Part shown: positions 41,969 to 52,398 of the stretch, piece after piece
Layout of the letters: each line of letters starts with the position of its first letter
Position numbering within the stretch: position 1 is the first letter of the stretch
Assembly (NCBI GenBank): GCA_963719315.1
Contig: CAVRBU010000003.1
Span: forward strand, 192,001-256,000
Reading direction: 5' to 3'
Length of the DNA: 64,000 bases
From: an uncultured Planctomycetota bacterium
GTDB lineage: Bacteria > Planctomycetota > Planctomycetia > Pirellulales > Lacipirellulaceae
Program-made: the position numbers and the translations under genes
Notes under the pieces: model-generated
The model's database searches: none
Told to the model about the DNA's origin: nothing
The model's input: only the letters and a program-made list of their open reading frames with translations

Positions 41969-43373
41969 ATGGCCAAGCAGATCAAGGCGTTGGAACTGGA
42001 CCTGACAGCGGAAGAGGAAGCGGCGGCGGAGCGGATTTACGAGTCGCTCAAGGGCCAGGCCGAACAGCAGTTGAAGAACATGGCGCGGATGATGGCGGCG
42101 AAGAAGCCCGAGGAGTTGTTGGGCCGCGGCGAGTTCGAGTTGCGGGACATGTTGTTCGATTTGGGAGCGAACGTGCTGGAGACCGCCACCAACGAGTGTG
42201 TAAAAAAGGGGCGCTTATCAGGGAGCTAGCTTAGCCTGCTCCTGCGGCGGCAGCGCGAAGTTCATCGACTGGCGAACGAAAGGATTGGTCAGCCTGCTGG
42301 GAGACATCCGTTTGACGCGGACCTATTACTACTGCTGCCAGTGCGGCGCGAGCCAGCAGCCCTGGGACGAGCGGCTGGGCCTCACCCCGCGGCACGTCAC
42401 GCCCGGCGCGGAGGAACTGGCGTCGCTGGCCGGCACGCTGAGCAGCTTTGGCTTGGCGGCCGAACGAGCCTTGGTCCGCATGAGTGGCATTCGGTTGGCG
42501 GAGTCGACCGTGCTGCGCGTCACGGAAGAAGCGGGCCAACGCTTGGGAGCGAAACTCGCGGCCAAGCAAACGTTTGGCCCCCAGGAAGACTGGCTTTGGC
42601 AACGGGATGCCGAGGGTCGGCACTGCGCCTACCTGGCCGTCGATCACACGGGGGTGCCGCAGCAGGCCATCGGCGGTGGCCCGGCGGAGTCGCGGATGGC
42701 CGCGGTGGCGATGGTCTTCAATGCGCGTTCGCCGTTCGAGGAACAACCAGCCCAAGATCCACACCAAGTGCGGTATTTGGCCGGTTTTCATGATTTAGAC
42801 GATTTGGGGCTGCAATGGCGCCGGCAGGCCGCGCAGGTCGGCTGGGACCACGCCGAGCAACAGATCGCGCTGACCGACGGCGCTCCTTGCTTGGAGCGTT
42901 TCATCGAGAAGAACGCGCCGCTGGCGGTGCGGATCCTCGACTTTTACCATGCCAGTGAGCACGTGGCCGAATTGGCTCGTGCGCTTCACCCGGGCGATGA
43001 CGGCGCCTTTGCCAAACGACAACGTGACTGGTGTCACAAGCTCAAGCACGAAGGAGGAGCAGCGCTCGTGGCCAGTTGGGAATCGCTCGATCAGAGCGAC
43101 TGGAACGAGGCCCAGCGGGAGTGCTACCGACAACAAGCACAATACGTGCGGAACAACGTCCATCGCATGGACTATCCCACGTACTTGACCCGCGGTTGGA
43201 TGATCGGCTCCGGTCCGGTGGAAGCCGCGTGCAAGCTGGTCGTGGGAGGACGGCTCAAAGGCAGCGGGATGCGCTGGCGAGAGCCCGGCAGCGACAGCGT
43301 CTGCCACCTCCGCGCCCTGTTCCTCGGCCAGCCCGGACAGTGGGAAGGCTTCTGGTATCAGACTGCCGTCTAA
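41969..43373 (+). CDS. ISKra4-family (Mutator-like DDE) transposase split into orfA (41969-42229) and orfB
   Basis: TDGA, LDFYHASEH, IGSGPVEAACK, RLKGSGMRW; A6G4 run at the orfA/orfB overlap. Confidence 0.88.
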
Positions 43374-43399
43374 TACCACCAACAAAAAAGACGCCCACC

Positions 43400-44327
43400 T
43401 GCTCAGTAGAAAACCTAGGTGTTGTCTGAGAATCGAGATGTTGTGAGTGAGTGTTTTGAGGAGCAGGAGTCGGCAGCGGCGCCAGTGGGTGCGGGCGTTG
43501 ACGACTTCTCCCGAGAGACGTTTGATCATCGAGTAGACGGTTTCCACCTGCCAACGTTGTCCATAACGACTTTCGTGCAAATGACGTTTCATCTGCTTTC
43601 GATAGCGGCCCACGGGTTCCCCGGCCGGCGGTCGGCCGTGCTCGGCGGGGATCAGGGACTGAATCCCCAGTTCGTCGCGGGCCAACACGTGGTTGGCTTC
43701 GCTGTCGAAGCCGGCGTCCGCCGCGACCGCCTTCACTCCGGTGCGAGCCTGCGCTTCGACGACGAGCGGGCGGAAATCGCCGAAGTCGGGCCGCGGTCCC
43801 TGGCTAGCCCGGGCCGCCAGGCAGAAATGACTCGTCGTGTCGCAGACCACGCCCAGCTTGGGGTAGCGGCGATAGGAGACGGCGCACGTTCGTCCGTGTT
43901 TTCCCACCTTTTTTCGACGCCAGGCATAGTAGCGACTGGTGTGCCGCGCTTCGAAGCCGCTGGTGTCGATGGCTGCCAATCGCACGGAGCGGCGGAGCAG
44001 CTTGGCCTTCCGTGCCCGCTGGACCGTGGCCGTGATCAGCCGTTGAAACGACTTCTTCACCAACAACCGATCGGCCGACTTTTGCAGCGTCGTGAAGTGG
44101 GGCACCTTTTCCAGGCCGATCGCTTCGCACAGCGAATCGCTGTCCGCCAACAGGCCAACGGTGCCCCGATAGGTCAGGTTGTAAAAATCCTTGAGCACCA
44201 GACAGGCAAACAGTTGATGCTGCGTGAAGACCCGTGGGCTGAACCGATGCGAGTACCGCGGCAGCGAAGCCTGGGCCACGGCCAGTGCCTCGACCAACAC
44301 GCGCTTCGGACTCTTGCTCGTCTTCAT
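43400..44327 (-). CDS. DDE transposase, about 309 aa within the element, with no in-element stop
   Basis: PHFTTL, AIDTSG, ADAGFDS, YGQRWQVETVYSMIKR. Confidence 0.88.
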
Positions 44328-44391
44328 CCACCGTCATACGAACCAACACACACCGATGTTTAGCTAGCATTCAGACGTTTTCTACTGAGCA
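43400..44391 (-). mobile_element. IS5/IS4-superfamily (DDE_Tnp_1-like) element, 992 bp
   Basis: Perfect 15-bp TIR TGCTCAGTAGAAAAC; 9-bp TSD ACGCCCACC at 43391-43399 and 44392-44400. Confidence 0.93.
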
Positions 44392-44570
44392 ACGCCCACC
44401 CTTTTTCTGAAGGAGCCGCTAATCGTGTTACCTTGCAGGCAGGCGAGAATGGCGGTCGCATGTGTGGTTGTTACAGGCCTGTTACACGGTTCGGGGATGA
44501 AACGGCCGTAGAATCCAGTGGTCGGGCCGAGCGATCGGCCTGGGATCAGAACCTACTGGAGGACGGGACG

Positions 44571-46028
44571 ATGACCAAAGCATTGTGTTTGTTAGCGGGT
44601 TTGATTGTGTGGGGGATAGCCTGTGCGGCAACTGCGGAACAAGTAGCACAGGACTACCCCGTCAAAGGAAAACCCACCACACCGGCGAGCCTGCGGGCGG
44701 AAGGGCCGGCCGGATTGGAGCGGGCCTTGAGGGCCCACGACGGTTTGAAAGACCTCGTAAGCGGCCTGAACCAGTATTACGCTCGTTTATCTCGCGAAGG
44801 GGCCGATCAAAACAAAGAAGAACTGGAGAAAATCAGCCAGCAACTCACACACGTCAACCAACAGATCGCCAGCTTGGAGACAATGATTGACCAGATCGGC
44901 GGACAGCGCGGTTGCAGTGTCTCGCAGTTGTATTGGTACACCGATTTGGCTGAGGCGAAGGCGGCAGCTAAGCAGTCGGGCCGGCCGATTCTGAGCCTGC
45001 GGATGCTCGGTAAATTGACGGACGAGTATAGCTGCGCAAACAGCCGGTTCTTTCGGACGGCGCTGTATTCGAACAAAGAGATCAGCGACTTTCTACGCAC
45101 GAATTTCATTCTGCACTGGCAAAGCGTGCGGCCGGTGCCGCGCGTGACGATCGACTTCGGCGACGGCCGTAAATTGGAGCGGACGCTGACGGGCAACAGT
45201 GCGCACTATGTGCTGGCCAGCGACGGCACGCCGCTCGACGTACTGCCGGGGTTGTACAGCCCGCTGGCGTTTCGGCAGTGGCTGTGGAACGCTGCCGATT
45301 TTTATGTCAAGTATGCGAAAGCGGCCCCAGCCGATCGCGCGGCGATGCTCAAGGGCTTTCATCAGGCGCAAGAGGAATCGCTGCTACGTCAGTGGGACCT
45401 CGATATTCAACGCTTGGGGAGTCAGCGCGTCGAGTTGGTGTCGACTCGCATCAATGGTGCGATGGAATCGGCGCGGTTGGCAGGACAATCGGTGCCGGCG
45501 GCTGGTTCAGCGCCTAAAGCTGTTGCGGCAGCGAAGTGGGCAGTGGGAAAAACTATGGCCGAAGCCCCGATGTTGCGGTTCGCTAACTTGGGCGGCACGT
45601 GGATGGAACGTGGGATGGATGATGACCTGTGGCAGGCGGTCGCCAATCTGCATCGCAACGATGTGAAGCTCGATGACGCGAGCGTGGCGGTAGTCCGCAA
45701 GGAGTTTCCGGCCGCCGTCGCGATGCGCGTGGCGATCAGCAAGATGAAGCAGGAAGATCCCGTGTTGCGGCTGGTGCGATCGTTCGAGGATTCAATGAAG
45801 CTCGACACGGTGCGCAATGAGTACCTGCTCCACCGGCGAATTCACGAACGATTCCTCGACGACAAGTCGCCGACGGCCGACGTCAACGCGCTCAACGAGT
45901 GGGTCTACGCCGAGTTGTTTTTAACGCCGAGCCGCGATCCGTGGCTGGGCCTCGCCCCGAACGACGTGTACACGGCCCTCGAAAACGACGGGCGGACCGA
46001 GCCAGTGGCGAATCGGCCCAGCGGTTGA
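44571..46028 (+). CDS. Secreted hypothetical protein with thioredoxin-like segment
   Basis: RBS GGAGG, signal peptide, WYTDLAEAKAAAKQSGRPIL...YSCANSRFFR. Confidence 0.8.
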   Translation: MTKALCLLAGLIVWGIACAATAEQVAQDYPVKGKPTTPASLRAEGPAGLERALRAHDGLKDLVSGLNQYYARLSREGADQNKEELEKISQQLTHVNQQIASLETMIDQIGGQRGCSVSQLYWYTDLAEAKAAAKQSGRPILSLRMLGKLTDEYSCANSRFFRTALYSNKEISDFLRTNFILHWQSVRPVPRVTIDFGDGRKLERTLTGNSAHYVLASDGTPLDVLPGLYSPLAFRQWLWNAADFYVKYAKAAPADRAAMLKGFHQAQEESLLRQWDLDIQRLGSQRVELVSTRINGAMESARLAGQSVPAAGSAPKAVAAAKWAVGKTMAEAPMLRFANLGGTWMERGMDDDLWQAVANLHRNDVKLDDASVAVVRKEFPAAVAMRVAISKMKQEDPVLRLVRSFEDSMKLDTVRNEYLLHRRIHERFLDDKSPTADVNALNEWVYAELFLTPSRDPWLGLAPNDVYTALENDGRTEPVANRPSG

Positions 46029-46184
46029 TGATGTTTCTAGCAGTCGCCAGGCACTCGGCACATGGTGCAGCTGGGCGCAGCTCCGCGCCTGCTATTAAGG
46101 GCGACTCCTGACTCGCTTTCGTGGGTCGGGATTCGTGTTGTTTGGTAGAATGATGTGGGTCGGGCTAAAGCCCGACCCACAAAG

Positions 46185-46876
46185 ATGGCCCGCAGTCGAA
46201 TACTGACGATCGAAGATGATGCGGCGATTCGCCGAGGGATCGTCGATGCGCTGACGTTTGCCGGGTACGAGGTAATTCAGGCCGCGAATGGCGGCGATGG
46301 TTGTGCAGCGGCGATCTCGCGCGAGTACGATTTGCTGCTGTTGGATATGGTGCTGCCGGGAATGACGGGGCTGGAAATTCTGCGCAGCGTTCGCAATGTG
46401 CGGCCGACGCTGCCGGTGATCATTCTCAGCGCGCGGGGAGAAGAGCGGGATCGCGTGAACGGGTTGAAGCTGGGCGCGGATGACTATGTGGTGAAGCCGT
46501 TCAGCGTCGATGAGCTGTTGGCCCGCGTCGAGGCGGTGCTGCGGCGGTCGCCGGGGCGGCCGACGGATGTCGAAGAGCTGCCAATCGCGGGCGGGTGCGT
46601 GGATTTGCGCGGTGCGAGGTGCGGTTCGAGGATGGCGCGTGCGAAACGCTCTCCGAGCGCGAGCTATCGCTGCTGCGGTACTTCGCGTGCCACGCCGGCC
46701 GGGCGATCGGACGCGACGAACTGCTCGCCAACGTGTGGCAGATCGATGCGCGGGGCGTGACGACGCGAACGATCGACATGCATGTGGCACGGCTGCGGGA
46801 GAAACTGCGCGATACGAGCGACGAGGCGCGGGTGTTGGTGACGGTGCATGGGAAGGGGTATATGTTGGCGAAGTAG
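46185..46876 (+). CDS. OmpR-family response regulator; frameshift near 46605
   Basis: IEDD, LLDMVLPG, GADDYVVKPF; wHTH in next frame: LSERE...RTIDMHVARLREKL...TVHGKGY. Confidence 0.93.
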
Positions 46877-46960
46877 TCCGTTGTCCGTGGTCCGTTGTTG
46901 CCAAGCCGCAAGCGGCGTAAGTGCGGTGTCAGAATTCTGGCTCTTGACTCTCGACTCTCC

Positions 46961-48970
46961 ATGAAACGACCCTGGCAAGTTTGGCTTGTGTTTGCCGTGT
47001 GCGTGCTGGGCGCGGCGGGGGCGATGGCGTGGCTGACGCGCGAGGCGGTGGACGCCGATCGGCAGCGGCGGGCGGCGCAGGCGGAGGCGGAGCTCGAACA
47101 GCGGGTGAGCCTGGCCGTGTGGCGGATGGATACGGAGCTGGCGCCGATTATTGCGGCCGAAGTGATTCGACCTGCGAGCGCGTTTCGGCCGGGCGCGCTT
47201 GCCGCCGAGTTGCCGCCGTTCGTGCTGTTGCAGTTCCAAATTCTACCGAACGGCGTTTGGCAATCGCCGCAGTTGCCGGCGGCGCACTCGCCGCTCATGG
47301 CGCGATTACAGGAATTGACGCTATCGATTGCGTATCAACAGCTCTTGCCCGAATTGCCGGATGCGCCGTTGCCGAGCGCGGAGGAGGTGGCGCGGAACCA
47401 AATGGCGGGAAACAACGAATGGAATACGCCGAATGTGGGGCAGCGGACCGAGCAAAGCCCATACTCCGGCATTGCGATGAATTCGCCACCCAACACATTG
47501 CAGCAACAGGAGGACAAACCCTATCAGTTCTTCGAAGGGAATCGCGGATACAACTTCCCGAACTCATCGAACCAGGCGCAGCAGCAGCCAGCGCCGAACG
47601 CGCCTGCTGCGAATCAACAAGCGCAAGCGGCGCCGCAGCGGGGCTCGAAAGAGGCTGACTTTCAGCAGCGAAGCCAGCGGATTCAGAGTGCGGCCCAACA
47701 AAACCTGCTCAACTACAATCAGCGCAAGACGGCTGCCGATGATCCGCAGGCCGAGTTTCCGCCGGACATAAAAGATACTGGTCCGGCGAGCGCAAAGAGC
47801 ATGCCCACGCCGAGCCGAGGGCATGCCACGCAAACGGAGGAACAAGTGGGCGTGAGCCGGCCGGTGTGGGTGGGCGATCGGTTGCTGCTCGCGCGGCGGG
47901 TGACGAGCGGCGGCGCGACCGTCGTGCAAGGTTCGTGGCTCGACTGGCCGCAGCTCAAGGCGCGGTTGCTGGGCGAGGCGTCGGATCTGTTGCCGAAGGC
48001 CGACCTCGTGCCGGTGAGTGGCGACGCGGCGGACGATCCTTCGCGGATGCTGGCCGGGTTGCCGGTGCGGTTGGTGGTAAATGAAAGTGTGGCCAGCGTG
48101 GGCGCGGGGCCGACGTTGCGGTGGGCGTTGTGGATGGGTTGGGGCGCGGTGCTGTTGGCCGTGGCGGCCGCGGCGGCGCTGTTGCATGGCGTGATGACAC
48201 TGAGCGAACGCCGGGCGGCGTTTGTATCGAGCGTGACGCACGAATTGCGGACGCCGCTCACCACGTTTCGGATGTACGCCGAGATGCTAGCCAAAGGGAT
48301 GGTGCCGGATGCCGCGCAGCGGCAGGAGTATTACAACACGCTTCAAAAAGAGTCGGAGCGGCTTACGCTCTTGGTCGAGAACGTGCTCTCGTACGCCCGG
48401 TTGGAGCGGGGCCGGAAGCCGCAGGCGCAGGACCGGGTGACGGTCGCCGCGCTGCTGCAACGCGTGCGAACGCGGCTCGAACAACGGGCGGCGCGGGCGG
48501 GGATGGAGTGCGTAATTGACCTCCCAATCCCTCGGGGAGAGGGCCGGGGTGAGGGTGGCTTGGAGTCTATAAATGCACCCTCACCCTGCCCTCTCCCAAA
48601 GGGAGAGGGTTTCAACCAGGAATTCACGACCGATCTGGCCGTGGTCGAGCAAATCCTCTTCAACCTGGTAGACAACGCGGCCAAGTACGCGCGGAACGCG
48701 ACCGACCGGCGGATTCACGTGGAAGCGAACCGCAACGGCCAGTATGTGAAGCTGATCGTGCGCGACCACGGGCCGGGTATCGGCCACCAAGCGGCGGAGC
48801 GGACGCAGCCGTTCGAGAAGAGCGCGCAGGAATCGGCGGAGAGTGCGCCGGGCGTTGGATTGGGGCTAGCGCTGTGCCGGCGGCTGGCGCGCGAGTTGGG
48901 CGGGCGATTGGATGTGGCCGGCGCGTCGGGCGAAGGGGCGGAGGTGACGCTGCTGTTGCCACTAATTTAG
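46961..48970 (+). CDS. Membrane sensor histidine kinase
   Basis: Two TMs, VTHELRTPL, NLVDNAAKY, DHGPG, GVGLGL. Confidence 0.95.
   Translation: MKRPWQVWLVFAVCVLGAAGAMAWLTREAVDADRQRRAAQAEAELEQRVSLAVWRMDTELAPIIAAEVIRPASAFRPGALAAELPPFVLLQFQILPNGVWQSPQLPAAHSPLMARLQELTLSIAYQQLLPELPDAPLPSAEEVARNQMAGNNEWNTPNVGQRTEQSPYSGIAMNSPPNTLQQQEDKPYQFFEGNRGYNFPNSSNQAQQQPAPNAPAANQQAQAAPQRGSKEADFQQRSQRIQSAAQQNLLNYNQRKTAADDPQAEFPPDIKDTGPASAKSMPTPSRGHATQTEEQVGVSRPVWVGDRLLLARRVTSGGATVVQGSWLDWPQLKARLLGEASDLLPKADLVPVSGDAADDPSRMLAGLPVRLVVNESVASVGAGPTLRWALWMGWGAVLLAVAAAAALLHGVMTLSERRAAFVSSVTHELRTPLTTFRMYAEMLAKGMVPDAAQRQEYYNTLQKESERLTLLVENVLSYARLERGRKPQAQDRVTVAALLQRVRTRLEQRAARAGMECVIDLPIPRGEGRGEGGLESINAPSPCPLPKGEGFNQEFTTDLAVVEQILFNLVDNAAKYARNATDRRIHVEANRNGQYVKLIVRDHGPGIGHQAAERTQPFEKSAQESAESAPGVGLGLALCRRLARELGGRLDVAGASGEGAEVTLLLPLI
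48523..48609 (+). repeat. In-frame CCCTCACCC...GGGAGAGGG palindrome doublet inside the kinase; single copies inside ubiX (11018-11049) and larB (21680-21711)
   Basis: CCCTCACCCTGCCCTCTCCCAAAGGGAGAGGG differs by 1 nt from the reverse complement of the larB copy. Confidence 0.9.
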
Positions 48971-48999
48971 TTGATCTCGCCAAATTATTTCGACAGAAT

Positions 49000-49353
49000 A
49001 TGGATATGTTTAACTTGATTGTGTTCGCGCTGATTACGATAGCGGTCGTGCTGTCACTAGTTTTTCGGCGATCATTGATTGTCCGTATTGGTGGCGTAGC
49101 GTTTTTGTGTTTATTAGCGACGCTCCCCGCCACATATCTTTTGGCCGGACATCGATTGGTTATGGAGAAAGGCTATGACCACTTCAAGGTTCCCGCCGGA
49201 GACCTACCGCAAGATTTTATGCTTGCGGTCGACTACGTCCAGACGATGAACCATCTGGACCTTTCTTTGTACCTGGCAATTATCGCCGCCCTGACAGTCT
49301 TAGCGGTATTTCCGATCAAGCACTGGCCTAAGTCTGGCGGCGATCAGACTTAA
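49000..49353 (+). CDS. Small three-TM hypothetical protein, lower GC
   Basis: Hydrophobic ORF filling the gap between the kinase and alaS. Confidence 0.6.
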   Translation: MDMFNLIVFALITIAVVLSLVFRRSLIVRIGGVAFLCLLATLPATYLLAGHRLVMEKGYDHFKVPAGDLPQDFMLAVDYVQTMNHLDLSLYLAIIAALTVLAVFPIKHWPKSGGDQT

Positions 49354-49523
49354 TTATTGGTCCGGCTACAAGGGCTCACATGGCGGTTGGCCAAAGTTTG
49401 CCGCACTGCCCTCATTAGTGCCGTAACGGTATATTTGGGCTGGGGCCGGCGATGCGTAGCATCGCGGCTGTTGTGGCGTTTTGATTTTGTTTCCTTGTAT
49501 CCGTCACCTGCATCTTTCTTCTG

Positions 49524-52345
49524 ATGAAAACTGACGAGCTACGCGAGAAGTATTTGGCCTTTTTTGAGACGAAGGGGCACAAGCGGGTTGCCAGCGATGT
49601 GCTGGTGCCGACTTGGGATCCTTCGGTGCTGTTCACGCCGGCCGGCATGAACCAGTTCAAGGACCACTTCTTGGGCAAGGTGAAGCTGGAGTTCACGCGG
49701 GCCACCACTTGCCAGAAGTGTTTGCGGACGGGGGACATCGATAACGTGGGCCGCACGGCGTATCACCACACGTTTTTCGAGATGCTGGGGAACTTCAGCT
49801 TCGGTGATTATTTCAAGCGCGATGCGATCAATTGGGCGTGGGCATTTCTGACGGATAAGAAGTGGCTCGGACTTAAGTCCGAGCTACTGACGGTGACGGT
49901 CTATACGGATGACGACGAGGCGGCCCAGATTTGGGCGAAGGATGTGAAGCTCACGCCGGATCGGATTGAGCGGTGTGGCGAGGATGAGAACTTTTGGCCG
50001 GCCAATGCGCCGAGCCAGGGGCCGGACGGCGTGTGTGGGCCGTGCAGCGAAATTTATTTTCATCCGGAGGGCTCGAAGTCGGTCGAGATTTGGAACCTGG
50101 TATTCACACAGTTCAATCGGGTCGGCGAACCGCCGAAAAACTTGCGGCCGTTGCCTTCGAAGAACATCGACACGGGCATGGGGCTAGAACGCTGCGCCTC
50201 GACATTGCAGGGCGTGCCGACGAACTACCATATCGACAGCATTCTGCCGATCGTGCTGGCAGCGGCCGACGTATGTGGCACGAAGTACGAGTATGAGTCG
50301 GATAACGGCCGGCGGTTGCGGCGGATCACCGATCATGTGCGGGCCTGCACGTTTGCGGTGCATGAGAACGTGTACCCTGGCGCGAACAAGGAGAAATACG
50401 TCGTCAAGCGGCTGCTGCGACGGGCCGTGCTGGATGGGCACCAGATGGGGCTGCGCGATCCGTTTTTGCACAAGCTCGTGCCGATGGTGGCCGAGATGAT
50501 GAAGCGGCCGTATCCGGAGCTGTCGGAGACGGTGAAACGCGTGAGCGGCGTGATCGAGAAAGAAGAGGCGAACTTCTTCGGCACGATCGACGCCGGGCTA
50601 AGCCACATCGAACGCGTGTTCGACGAGATGCGGCGCGAGAATCGAGTGGCCGTCGATGGGGCGGTCGCAGCCGAGTTGTACCAAACGTATGGCGTACCGC
50701 CGGAGTTGTTCGAGTCGCTGGCGGCGGAGCATAACCTGGCGTTCGACTGGCAAGGTTACGAGCACGCGATGGAGGAGCACGGCGAAGTCTCTGGCAAAGT
50801 GCAACACGCCGTAATGGGAACCCGCGGGCCGATCGATTCGCTTAAGCAGGCGCTGCACACGACCGAGTTTCTGGGCTACGAGAAGACCGAGGCGGACGCA
50901 GTCATCAAGGGCATCATTGCGGGCACCGCGCCGGACGATCACTTGTGCGACAAGATGGAAGAGGTAGGGCACGAGAACAAGGTGCGGGTAGTGCTCGATC
51001 GCACGCCGTTTTATGGCGAGAGCGGCGGGCAGGTGGGCGACACCGGGAAACTCGTGGGCGATGGGTTCGAGTTTGCCGTGACCGATACGCAGAAGGACGG
51101 CGGACTCGTGATTCACGAAGGGCGCCTCGTGCGCGGCGTGATGCGCGAAGGGGCCAAAGTGAAAGCGGTCGTCGATACGAATCGGCGGACCGGCATTCGG
51201 CGGGCGCACTCGGCGACACACATCCTGCACTACGCATTGCAGAAGAATCTTGGTTCCCACGCGCAACAGCAGGGTTCGAAGGTCGATGAAGATTGGTTGC
51301 GGTTCGACTTCACGAATTTGAGCCCGGTGACCGGCGAGCAGCTTGCAGCGATCAACTCCGATGTCGCGGAGCGGATCAAGGCGGCTGAGGCAGTGAAGTG
51401 GCAGACGTTGCCGCTGGCGGAGGCTCGTCAGCAGGGCGCGATGATGCTGTTTGGCGAGAAGTACCCCGACCCGGTGCGGATGGTATCGATGGGCGCGTTC
51501 AGCAAGGAACTGTGCGGCGGAACGCATCTCACGAACACGGGCGAGGTCGAGCAGTTCGAGATTTTGAGCGAGGAAGGCGTGTCGGCGGGCACGCGGCGGA
51601 TCACGGCGCTCACCGGGCGCGGGCGGCCGAGCATGTGAAGCAGATTGAATCGGCGGCGAATTCTGCGGCGAAGTTGCTCGATGTGCCGCCGCATGAAGTT
51701 GCGGAAGCGGTGGCGAGCCTGGTGAGTCACGCGCGCGAGCTTCGCAAACAGTTGAGCAGCGGTGGGGCGGCGGTCGCTAGGCCGCAAGCGGTGGTTCGTA
51801 AATTGAAGACGGATGCCAAGGCCACGTTCGAGCGGATCAAGCAGGGCTTGGCGGATGCGGGCCGGTTGCTGTCGGTGGCGATGCTCGCCGTGCCGCAACG
51901 GATTGAATCGCTCCAGGCTGAGATCGCAACGCTGGAAAAGCAGCTTTCCGAGCGGGCAGCGGCGGGACCGCTGTCCGGCGAAGCATTGTTGGAATCGGCC
52001 GAGGACGTGGGCGGCGTGACGGTGGTGGTCACGGAAGTACCAGGTGTCGAAGGCAATTTGATGCGTCAGTTGATCGACCAGGTGCGCGGCAAAACGTCGT
52101 CCTCGGCCGTGCTGCTGGCAAGTCGGCAGGGCGACGATAAGGTCACGTTGGTCGCGGGAATTAGCAAGGATTTGCAAGCCAAGAAGCTGAGCGCCGGCGA
52201 GTGGATTCGTCCCGTGGCGGCGGCGGTTGGCGGGGGCGGCGGGGGACGGCCCGACATGGCGCAGGCCGGCGGCAAGGAGCCGGCCAAGTTGCCCGAGGCT
52301 CTCCAGATTGCCAAGGAGACGATCCGGAAAATGGTAGCGGGTTGA
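49524..52345 (+). CDS. alaS: Alanine--tRNA ligase; frameshift near 51620
   Basis: LFTPAGMNQFK, HHTFFEMLGNFSFGDYFK, DTGMGLER, HSATH, ELCGGTH, GGGGGRPDMAQAGG. Confidence 0.97.
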
Positions 52346-52398
52346 TGGCGCCTTCGTACAAAGCTCGTTTTCGTTACGGCTTTGCACACGAAGTCTTA

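Larger units (their letters stand above)
41871..44401 (+). mobile_element. ISKra4-like IS, copy 2; right TIR interrupted by an IS5-like element
   Basis: Near-identical to copy 1; last bases of the right TIR resume at 44392-44401. Confidence 0.92.

Noticed and set aside
40333..44401. Composite transposon with cargo
   Set aside because: No passenger genes lie between the IS copies
49524..52345. alaS, ribF or petB as true pseudogenes or programmed frameshifts
   Set aside because: Core genes with no decay and no shared slippery motif; sequencing error is more likely
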